Under the pieces are notes generated by a model. That model was given only the letters and a program-made list of their open reading frames with translations. It searched no databases and was not told the origin of the DNA. Below, piece after piece: positions 37,301 through 49,300 of a stretch of DNA of 64,000 bases; the stretch's first letter is position 1, and each line of letters begins with the position of its first letter. The DNA lies in the NCBI GenBank assembly GCA_964106915.2, contig OZ066921.1, one strand, 5' to 3'. Made by a program: the position numbers and the translations under genes. Source of the DNA: Podarcis gaigeae (Eukaryota).

Positions 37301-40300
37301 CCTTTGTGAGCTGCCATTTCTCAGTCACCTTCTCATCCTCCAGATCCTCTGTAGCACTGGCCTGTCTGGCAAGGTTGGTGTAAAGTTTGTACTGTGTCTG
37401 TTTGGGAAGTGCTTTGAGCATTTTGGAAAAGTACTAAATAAATCCTGTGTAAGTCATTCTAGTTACATTGGGGCCATTATTAGGAAGTATAAACTCAGGG
37501 TTTTGGCAAATGCAGCCTTTGGACAGAGGGTTTTGCCTTTGCCAAGGTTCAGTGCTGTGTAATGAGTAGGATTTTGTATGTTTAGGTTTTACTTAAAAGC
37601 ATATGTAGAAGAGTTGGAGATAACCCCGTAGGGCTATTTGTCACTTGTCTCTGGAGTTTGTAATACCTTGTTAGTTGGTTGGCAAGTTTGTCCTTCAGTT
37701 AAATAAGGGGTCAATATATATATTGGCTGATCAGTTGAAACAAGCCAGGTGATAGTTTTTCTGGTCTTGGGAGGTTGGGGAGCTCTTTCCTCTGGTCTAG
37801 TTGGGACATTGTGTTCCAGGCAGTGCTAGTGCTATCCTAGTTCTAAAGACAGCTCTCTTAGCACCTAGATAAAAAGGGGGGGGGGGGTTATTGGCAAGTA
37901 AACATCATTTCTTCTCCCATTAGAAGTGTGTCTCAAGAGCTATCAGAAACTATTCTAACCATGGTAGCCAACTGCAGCAATGTCATGAACAAAGCCAGGC
38001 AGCCACCACCTGGAGTTATGCCCAAAGGACGTCCACCAAGTGCTAGTAGCCTAGATGCCATCTCTCCTGTACAGGTACGTGGATGCTGAAAGAAGCCAAA
38101 GTAGCATAATAACGGGAGGTGCCTTTTTATATGTCTCTAAACTTACTTTTTTATTCATAATGAAATGTAATTCAAACATATTAATTGAAACCTTGCAGTT
38201 TAAGCACCATCTTTGAACCTGACATGTCTTTTTCATGGCTTCTTGGGTCAAGCAATGGTGCTAGATTGTAAGGACTTGTTATAACTGGGGCTCCTCAGTT
38301 CTCAGCTGAGCTGCTCTTTTAAAAACAAGGCACATACTAGTTGTTCACCACCACCACACTGTCACTGCTCCTTCCAGGTTTAATAGGGAGGAAAACCTGG
38401 TTCTAGTAACTATATTCAGTGGTAGATATAATAGCCTTTCATGATTTACTTTCTAAAGATTTAATTTGGCACCATTCTGCAGACTAAAGATTAATTGAGC
38501 AGCTTTTCATTAATAAAAAGAAACTGTGTGATACTAACAAGCAAACAGTGACAGTAGCATTGTAAGGATTCTAAGCTTCTATAAGTTTCACAGAGCTTTT
38601 TGTAAAAGTTAACTCTTAAAGCTAAGTTGTTACTTGGGCTCCAGAACAAACTATTACTGTGCAGACCAACCCCCAAAACCACAAGATGATGTCTAGTTTT
38701 AAAAGATTATACAGAAATACCTTGCAATGCATGCGTTTTGAAGGTGGAGGATGCCTAATGGGTCTGAAAGAGTAGTCCCAAAGTGTAAGGAATTGATATG
38801 TGGTCTTAACTGATTTTAGCAAGGCTGATCTGAATGAAGATTGATTGATATAGAAAATAACCCCTTGTCTCTTTTTGAATATTGATTTTATCTTCAGATT
38901 GATCCACTTGCTGCTGGGATGGCATCTCTCAGCCTAGGTGGTTCAGCAGTTCCACACACACAGAGTATGCCAGGTTTCCCTCCAAACTTGAGTTCTGCTT
39001 TTAGTACTCCACAGTCACCAGCAAAAGCATTTCCACCACTTTCCACACAAAACCAGAATACACCTTTTAGTGGGATTGGCGGACTCTCTTCACAGCTTCC
39101 AGGTACTTTTGTGTAAAGGGGCTGGTGCTTATGGGAGGAATGTGGCTGCTTTTCCTATAATTCTGCTGGGGGCAAGCACTTCAAATTGTATCCAACTTAG
39201 CATACTCAGTGTAAACCCATTGAAACCAATGGACTGAAATTAGTTGTGTGAATTAATTTCAGTGGGCTGAATGGAAGTACCATGTTGGCACTATTCAGGG
39301 TGGGAACAGCAAAAAAGTTATAATGTCTGTCAGCATTTGTAAACATAACTGAAATGATAATTTTATTTTCCTCAGTAGGTGGTCTTACAACAGGTAGTCT
39401 GGGCATAGGAACTGGGGCCCTTGGCCTCCCTGCAGTGAATAATGACCCATTTGTGCCAAGAAAACTGAGTACATCAGGACTGAACCAGCCTACATTCCAG
39501 CAGAGTAAGATGAAACCTTGTAAGTGGTAATGTTGTCTGATTGTGAAGTGTGACTGTGGATGTGCGGTAAATGTGAGTTTTCCCTCTAGGGTGGGGGCTG
39601 GCAGCTGTCTCTAAGGAGCCTTCTTTGCCCTCCCCAATATCTAGCCTTTCTCCCAGGAATCTTGGAGCATCTTATGTTGTGCTTCCAGGCAGTCTCCCAT
39701 TCTTGTTAAATTAAAACCTGCTTGGCTTTACCATGCTAATCATGCTCCCAGCTACTGATGCCAAAAGCTTAACCTTGTACAGTTGTAGGTTCCAAGTAAT
39801 TTCAGGTTTAAACCAACACAGATCAAGTGGTTTATCAGGCTTCATGAACGAACAGCTTTCATGTGAGTACTTCATAGAATTATTTACAATTGTCCTCAAG
39901 ACCAATCTTGTGATATTAGACTAGGAAAATGTCCCTCAGTTTGATGGGAAAGTGGCATTGTGTACATAGTCTCTGCCACTTTTTAGTGACATTGCAATCT
40001 TGCCCAGAAATTGATTTTGGCCAGCTCATTGAATCTATGCTACTTGTATTTGTCTGTTAACCCTCGTTCACTCAAAGTGTACCTTTCATGTCCTTTGGTG
40101 ATTTTTTTCATCTTATGGGTGTTTGGGCTGTGGGGGTTGGGAAACTACTTTGAATCATGAAGATGACACATGGAATAGGCAGCATCTTTCAAATCTTGCT
40201 GCTGAATATTTCCCAGTAAACCAAACTGAGGCAATGGCCAGAAAATAGGTGAAAGATGTAGAAATATGCTAGCATTGGTATTAGGGTGGTGGTTTTTAGA

Positions 40301-43300
40301 GGGTCAGCAAGGGTTAGGTGGCCAGTTGAATGTGGAATGCTTGGTGTTTGGTGTCAGGAATAGATAAAAGGACTCTTCTGGGTAGGGAAGACTTAAGTAG
40401 CAAGAGTGTACATCTACAGTTTGCAAGGCCATTATGTTTTGATAATCTTAGCTACCTGCAAACACCTTAATGTGAGCCTGTGGAACAGAGATGATCTCTA
40501 ATCTCTTGCTTTGCCTGAAGAAGTTTGAAAGTGTACCTGCACATTAATGTTCAGCATGCTGTGAGTGCTTGTTGCATCCTGCCCAATAACGCTAATCTAG
40601 GGATGAATGATACTTTAATTCTGCAGTCATTCAGATTTGCTTTCCTGGCTTCCAGAATAATCGCTAATAAAGAACAAATGTGTTCTCATAACTAAGCCAG
40701 CCCTTTCCAACTAAAATTTTTGGTCTATATGCAGTCCCACATATGTGTTACATGCCTGAGCTAAACACCATTGAGAACCCTTTAGAGCTGTGCCACATTT
40801 TAGTGATGCAGACCTCGTTCTTTCCTGCTCAGTGCCTTCTTGACTGCTGCAGCAGCTTTTGGAGCTTGCTTCCTCCCATTTATACCAGAACTTGGCCCTA
40901 TTTTTCCTTGCTTCGCCAAGCTTCAGCTTTATTTTTTTCTTCTCTCCTAGTGTATCCTCTTTTTAGTTGTTTCATAGTTTCTTCTCCTCTCACACCTACA
41001 GCACAGCGAGCATTCTTCAAGAAATGCTGGGAAGATGGGTTTAATCTTCTATCTTTAGATGGAGGAAATGTTCCTGGGTGAACAACATTCTGTTGACTGT
41101 TGCCCAAGTTGTCATGAATTCATGGCAATAACCCTCTCTGCAATGCAGCAGTCTCCCATCATGGAACTTTTTCTTTCCTTATTGGGGTGGCTGTCCTCAA
41201 CTTACTATGCTTCCTGCCTTGCTCTTGCCAATACTCTCCCCCCCCCCCCAAGTTCTTGCTCCAACTCCAATCACAATGATCAAGATTATGTGCACTTGAT
41301 CCTTTGTTGTGATACACCTTGATCTGATCTGTCCTGCCTGCTGAAGGTGGTCTTGGTGTTTCATCTTAACTGGAACTTAGTTCTTTTTATATTGTACCCA
41401 AATCCCAACTCAACAACTGTCTTACTGCATGACTATCAGATTTTCTATAAAGTAGCTTGCTTGCTGTCGCTGTCAGTAATCTGTTCACATTTGACATGGG
41501 AAGTAACTACATTCACAGCCCTGCAACCTTGCTTTCTGTGAAATGGTTACCCCTTTGATGTGCAAGTTTGAGTGGATGCTGTCGTTGAAAGGACTGTACT
41601 TAACATATTGTTTTCCTGACAGTGCCTTTCCCACCCTGAGGTAAGACAGCTTGCTGGTCTCCATATGTGGGACCACACACTGATCATGAAGAAGAAAGAT
41701 GGGTTGCTTATCTGTAACTAGCTCTTTGAGTGGTCATCTGTGCAATCACACAGCTCACTTCTTTCTCCCTCTGCTGGTGTTGCTCTTCTTTGGTCTCTCT
41801 TGGGCAGCCACATCCTGCTGGCAAGCACCTTGGTAGCTGAGACAGAGCATCTTGCCAAAAACCTTTCTGTGTCTTATCTCTACAAGTTTGGTTTGCAAAG
41901 GCACACCAATCCATACATGTACACCAATCCATACATTCCTTCGAAGACAGAGGTCCTCTGGCTGGGACGGGACGACATGGGACTGAGGGGGCAACTCCCA
42001 TCTCTTGCGGGGGTGCAACTAGTGCCAGCACCGTCCGTTAAGAGTTTGGGTTTGGGTGTAATCTTCGATACCTCCCTCTCCATGGAGGCGCAGATTGCAG
42101 CTATAACAAAGGCGGCATTTTTTCATCTCCGCCAAGCTAAGCAGTTGGCTCCTTACCTCTCTCGCCCTGACCTAGCCACTGTGATCCATGCGACGGTCAC
42201 CTCCAGACTGGATTATTGTAACTCGCTCTACGTGGGGCTGCCCTTGAGACTGACCCAGAAACTCCAGCGGGTGCAAAATGCCGCAGCGAGACTCCTTACG
42301 GGGTCTTCGCTTAGAGATCACATTCATCCGGTGCTATACCAGCTGCACTGGCTCCCGGTGGAGTATAGGATCAGGTTTAAGGTGCTGGTTTTAACCTTCA
42401 AAGCCCTATACGGCCTAGGGCCCTCGTACCTACGGGACCGCCTCTCCTGGGATGCCCCACAGAGGAACTTACGATCTTCAAATAAAAACACCTTGAAGGG
42501 CCCAAGCCACAGAGAGGTTAGGCTGGCCTCAACTAGAGCCAGGGCTTTTTCGGCTGCGGCTCCAACCTGGTGGAACGCTCTGTCACAAGAGACAAGGGCC
42601 CTGCAGGACTTGACATCTTTCCGCAGGGCCTGCAAGACAGAGCTGTTCCACCTGGCCTTTGGTCAGGGCGCAGCCTGACTCCCTCCTTTGGCAATCTTTA
42701 CAAAGCTTTAGTTTATGGTTGCCATCAATTTTGATTTTAATTCATTTCTATAATGTTTTACAATGTTGTACTGTTTTAGTGTTGTTAGCCGCCCTGAGCC
42801 CGGCTTCGGCTGGGGAGGGCGGGATATAAATAAAATTTTTTATTATTATTTATTATTATGTAACTGAACGGAGGACCGCTCAAAGAACTACAGTGACAGG
42901 AAAGCAACCTCTTTGAGCTCATAATATGAGTGAGACTGCATCATCATGAAATCTACTGAAATATTCCAAACTTCTTCTGTTCCCTTGGCATTGGATCTGT
43001 GATTATGAAATTAATACATTTTCCCTCCATTTTGTGTATTTATTTAATTAGTATCTACTTTTTTCAACAGCTGACTTATCTCAGGTATGGCCAGAGGCAA
43101 ATCAGCACTTTAGCAAAGAGATTGATGATGAAGCCAACAGCTATTTTCAGCGTATTTATAATCACCCACCGCATCCAACTATGTCTGTAGACGAGGTGAG
43201 CTGTGGGTAGTAATGGCATCTCTCTCAACTTGCCCTTCTTCCTTACTGTAGACTTTCTTTTCCATCTTATGGAAAATTTGAGAAAGTAGGTACTTGCAAC

Positions 43301-46300
43301 ATTGCTTTTTGTTTGGTTGCAGTTTAAGGGAAATTTAAATTGTAAAATTCCAAAATGTATGTCCATACAGTTGCAGACAACTTTTGTGCAAGTGAAATTG
43401 GATGTTTTAAGTGGGTCCAGTGGAAAGATAACTATTCTGAAAGTTTTGTCTGCTTGTTATATGTCACTGTGGGGAAAAGTTATGCTTCACTTTAATTTGA
43501 TTTGTGCCTCTGTTGGGTGAACACTTCTCCTGAGGGGAGGGGGTTGTTCCTAAATCAACAAAATGCTACTTAGCAAAGAGAGCTGCAGTTGCTGAGCCTT
43601 AAATGTCTGGGTGACCCAGCACACTAAATTGGATCAAATTAGAGTTTCCCCTTTTAGAATGCGTTTCTGAACACATTTTAGGCAATATTAGGACACACTA
43701 TTTAATGTTTTGCGTTTACGGTGTTACAATCATCAGAATATAAACGTGCAAAACCCAGCATAATGACATAAACTTCAGTGAATGAGGCTAGCTGCATGTA
43801 GCAAGTATTATTTGTTCTTAGTGTTCTGATTCAAGCATGTTAACTGGAGAAACCCTTTTGGCAAGTAAGCAGAATAGAAATAAATAATACATGTGAGATT
43901 TTCCCTAGCAAAATTTTTACTGGTTTTCTCAGCGAACTTTACTTTCTGTAGGTGCTCCAAGGGCTAAGCATAATAAATTGAGTCTCTTCATAACATTCTG
44001 ATTTCTTTACAGGTTTTAGAAATGCTACAGAGGTTTAAGGACTCCAACATTAAACGAGAACGCGAAGTATTTAACTGTATGCTGAGGAACTTGTTTGAGG
44101 AATATCGGTTTTTCCCCCAGTACCCCGATAAAGAGCTGCACATAACAGCCTGCCTCTTTGGTGGGATAATAGAGAAAGGACTGGTTACATATATGGCGCT
44201 GGGCCTGGCCTTGCGCTATGTTCTTGAAGCCTTACGAAAGCCTTTTACATCCAAAATGTACTATTTTGGTATTGCTGCACTAGATAGATTTAAAAATAGG
44301 TGAGTGTGTTTTTATAATATTTCCAAAATGCATGGGGGAATCTCATAACTATATGCCTACTTCAGCAATATATTTAACTTTCCAATACAAGGTTGACAGT
44401 ATATTGCAGTTATTGAACGTGTCTCACAGTAGAGGCATAAATTAAACTTTGGCTAATAAATGGAATGCAGATTTTAAAATAAATGAAAAGGAAGTAAATT
44501 ACTTATAGTCTGAACCTGAATAGAAAGTGCCTTAAAATGGCTTTGAAAGTATCAGGTGTTATATATATTAATATTGCTATTGGGGAAAAAATGAGAAAGC
44601 AAATCAGTGTTACTGGAAGTGAAGCTGCCTTGTAGACTTACAAAGACTAGGAGCAATCCAGCTAAAGTCGAGCCCATTTTTGTCTCATTGGTATTAATGG
44701 GAGGAGCCTCTTCCCCACTGAAATAACTTTGACTGGATTGTACTTTATACATCTGGGTCATGCAAGGTCACTCTCTCAAGATTCGTTACGATGGAAAGCT
44801 TAACTTTCATCCATTTTGCAAGGCAGTATTCATGGCCCTCTAGAAACAACTAGTGGGGGCCTCACTTACCAGATGCCAACATGTCAAAAGTGCTGGTAAG
44901 TAGCTACTTCTTTGTTGCACAGTAGAAACCAGTCTGAGTCCATTTCTCCTCTCCCCACAGCAGTGTGACCATTCCACATCCCAGTAGTCAGTTTCCTCTC
45001 CTCTTCCTTTCACACTACCTCTGTGTACTCCTCCATGCCACCCCTGTGAATCCTGTGGCAAGCGCTCTGTGATTCTGCACCCTTCTATCTTTTTCAGACA
45101 GTTTGCATATTGTTCCTTATCTCCTGCATCTTTGGAGCAAGATACATAGCTTCATACCCCTGTGGGAAAACTTGTCACGTTCAGGATAATTTCTGAAACC
45201 ATAACTACTACAAGTTTTTCATGAAAGCTTGAGATTCGCAGAACTTTAGTACATCTTTGGAACATCAGTTCAACTTGGGGTTTTGTTTAATATCCCTCCT
45301 GAGAGACTTTGTAATTTTTATCCATTATTGCTCTGTACTGTTCTTCCTTTCAGTGCTGTATATTTGAATTGGTTTCTTGTTCAATAGAAATTTTCATTCA
45401 AAGAGCTGTCATAGTTTTACAGCTATCTAGCTGATAAAATGAGAGAGCATAAGGATTCCTATCTTTAAAGTACATCTAAGCAGACGGGTGTTTTAACAAA
45501 CATATAGTTCTGAAATTGAAGTTAGCTTTCATGTATTTAACAAGCAAGACTGAGATTTCTTGACTTATTTAGTTATAAAAACATTTTTAAGGCTGAATTT
45601 TGCAATTTGGATTCTGTACCTATATTAGCCTAAAATTGCAGAATGTTCTGCATTAAAAACTGTTTCTGCATTTAGAATGGTGCGGGGAGAGCTGCAGAAG
45701 AAAGAGGGCCAACAGGGTAGGGAATTCTAGAGGGGGTTAGAGGGGAGCAACAACAAGCTGTGTATGTAGTAAAGAGGCATATGTCTGCCATATGTCACTT
45801 GAGAAGACTGCTGTGGTTCTTCCAAAGATGTTATTGGGAACTATGAGAGCTATATTGACAAATTGATTGTGCTATTAGCTACCCTTTTCTAAAAACCCAA
45901 TCTGTAAGGGTGGCCCATAAATGTGGATCTAAGTCTTACTGTTTGGTAGGTTGGCCCCTTTGCAATATGCAGTATTCTTGGAGGAGAAAGCCACCAATAG
46001 CTCTTAGGTACCACAATGGCTATGTTCTGCCTCCATTTTTGGAGACAGTGTGCCTCTGAATACAAGTTGCTGGGAACTGCATGTGGAGTGACTGCTGTTG
46101 TGCTCAGGTATTGCCTGTGGGCTTGCCATGGGCATCTAGATGGTCATTATGAAAACAAGAGTTCTTGACTAGATGGCCCTTTGTCCTAATTCAGTAGGCT
46201 CTTCTTGTGTCCTTGTGCTTATGCCTTGGCAACATATAGTTGGAATCACTGGTGACATCAATAGAATTCATACTTTTGCTAACTAGCTTGCATCTGGTAG

Positions 46301-49300
46301 AACCAGAAATCTTTACTGCAGATCCAGTATCAGTTAAGCCAAAGATTTAACCATTAATGTATTGATCAGGCCATTTGTTTTCTCCTACTAATGGATAGTT
46401 TTACTGTTGACAGATTGAAGGACTATCCCCAGTATTGTCAGCACTTGGCTTCTATTAGTCACTTTATACAGTTCCCTCATCACCTGCAGGAGGTGAGTGT
46501 TAAAGGCATGGACAGTGAGGGGTGGGGGAGGACATCTGAATTGAGTTAGGTGTATTTGCATATTGAAAAACCTCAGCGTTCCATTAGTTTCATGCTTCAG
46601 GGTCCATTAAGTAAAAGGTACAAAAGGATCTGGAAAACTTGAGTTGGAGTAGCCCATGCATCTGAGAGGAGAGAAACAGGTTAATCTTAATGCATGTCCG
46701 CTTTTCCGTAAACCTCCTTTCAAGGAGACCTGTAGCCCTTTGCCACTGGAAGTGTTCATTTGACAATTACTTTAATCCTTGCCAAGCAGCTTCTTATATG
46801 GTTGGGTTGTACATGGTCTTTCCTAGCAAATAAATCCATACCGCTAGGCACAGCAGTCTGTCTGCCCAGACCTTCTGAAAGCAAACAGAACCAGGGACAG
46901 TGGAATTAGGATTCTGAAGGTCTGATCTGATCCAAAGGCTGTAGTCCAAACACTAAAAGCAATGTTGGTTTAGGATCTCTACGTTAGTAACACACCAATC
47001 AGTGGGGATTTCTATATTTTATATGCAGTATTGAGTATTTACATGTGATTAATAACACTGAAAGTTTTACCAATTGTAGTTCTTACACCTTTGCTTCAGA
47101 AAAGACAGCATTAGTCTCTTAGTTGTAACATCGTGTGTCATCTGTGGAAATGGGCTTCATCAGTGGTTGCAGGAAATTTGTTGTCCTTATCTAGACTGTA
47201 GGATTTGGAATATTTCTACCCCTGGATTACTTCACTGTTTACTACTTTTTGCTCTCATTGAAGTCTGCAAGGAAGGCTTACCATTCCCTTGCAGAAGCAG
47301 GGCACATCTTGCATCTAGTTCCTGCTACTTCTGCTCCTACAGAATGGAAGAAAGAGGATGGAGTGGAAAATTCAGGGTTAACATTGGAATTGCTAATTGA
47401 TCCAAGACAAAAAGGAAACTTCTAAAATATGTAAAATGTCTTTTGTTGCTGATTTCAGGCCATTTATGGAGTTTCATTTGTGCCACAAACTTCAAGGCCA
47501 AGAGTTTGGGGAGTAGTTCTAGAAGGCAGTTGTAAGATTTGTTACATACCTGTGGTTGAATGTGATTTTTAAGAGCTATATACTTCTTGTCTCTTATAGT
47601 ACATTGAATATGGACAGCAGTCTAGAGATCCTCCCGTGAAGATGCAGGGGTCAATCACCACCCCAGGAAGTATTGCACTTGCCCAGGCCCAGGCCCAGGC
47701 TCAGGTTCCGGCAAAAACTCCTCTTGCTGGTCAAGTTAGCACTATAGTCACCACCTCTACTACCACTACTACTGTGGCAAAGACTACAATCACTCCAGTG
47801 GGTCGAGTCAGCTTCAAGAAGGATGTGCCAGTAAGTACATGAGCCATTTTACGGGAGGAAGTAGAATGAGATTACGAATGCATCAGTTCTTAGGAGTAAA
47901 ACAAGGAAGATAAACCCCATCTAATGTTCATAGCATAAACATATCACATGCAAAACCTCTGATACTTTAACCGCAGTTACACTGTTTTTCTTGTATGCCT
48001 AGTCTGGATAATTACCTGGCCATTTTTGTTTTTTCTGTTGTTTTGCTATTAAATATCAAGCAGTTGTTTCCTTCCCTGTGTTGGCGTTAGCTGCTTCTCC
48101 TGCTTTCTATTCTCACTCTTAGTTCTTCCAAACTGTTTTCAGTGGGCCAGTTTCAACTAAGAAATCCTGCTGGGTTTCCGTTTCTGGCTGTTGTTTCTTA
48201 AACCATGAATTTCCACTTTGTTTAATGAAGTCATTTTTTTCTTTCACTATTCTGTTGCCCATGTGAGCAAAAATCTTACTCCTCGTGTCTTATAGATTCC
48301 CAAGCTTAAGTTAACTCCTATCATTCACTAACACATAAATAAATGTACACTCCTTTTAGCATGTATAACTGTTGTCTCCCTTTTGTAACTGTATTGTGAA
48401 ATATTGTTTATGCTATAGCAGAAGTCCATGATGGTCTGTTGTATCTTTAAATGAATCAACTCACTTCTTCAAATCATTTTTCTTGTTCTGCAGCCTTCTA
48501 TTAATACAACCAACATTGACACCCTGTTAGTAGCCACAGATCAAACAGAGAGAATTGTTGAACCCCCTGAAAACGTGCAGGAAAAAATTGCTTTTATCTT
48601 CAACAACCTGTCACAATCCAACATGACTCAGAAGGCAAGTGTCGCACAACATTTTAGTCCTGATAATTTATGTTCCTTGAGTGATTCTTATACATGTAGA
48701 GAACTATCTGGAATTATGCCTGTGTATGCATGCCAAAGGTTCTTTTAATTAGCAGCCTTCCAAAATTTTAGAATTGTAAACATAAAATAAATATAATGAA
48801 TTAACATAGAATAAGTAAAATCTAAAATAATTTTGGGATAGTCTTTTGTGCCTTTGGTAGTCCTTTAGTTGCTCATATATTGGGAAAATGTGGTCAGATT
48901 TGTCTACCAAAAGGTCAAAAACTCCTTATCTGCTGCCAAATCTCTTCAGGGTCATTTTATCATCTGCAACTGATACTACTTAACGGAAAAGAGGCATTGC
49001 GTACACATTTTTCTATCAGGTCTCTGTATTGCATAATTGGCTCTCCATATTCCTAATTGAACATAAAAAGTAATGTTGGGTGCCAGACTCTGCTTACCTT
49101 AATCATTTTTTACTTGATGTAAGTTTCTTTTCATTTATGGCTTCCAAACCATGGAAGAAGCCTAGCAAAATAACGCTTTGGCACTCCTTACAATGTTTTA
49201 ATATATGCTGTAAGCCACCCAGAGTAGCTGGGGAAACCCAGCCAGATGGGTGGGATATAAATAATAAAATCATTATTATTATTAATCAAGAGACGTATTA

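Noticed and set aside
41740-42678. 312-aa ORF as an independent gene or CNOT1-LINE fusion exon
   Set aside because: It is the C-terminal L2 RT region plus chance upstream read-through. The best nearby acceptor (CAG at 41805-41807) is out of phase with exon 19.
44363-44408. agcaatatatttaac...ggttgacagtatattgc hairpin reminiscent of the SNORA46 5' end
   Set aside because: Too short, lacks the TACGC pocket, and has no H box, second hairpin or ACA.
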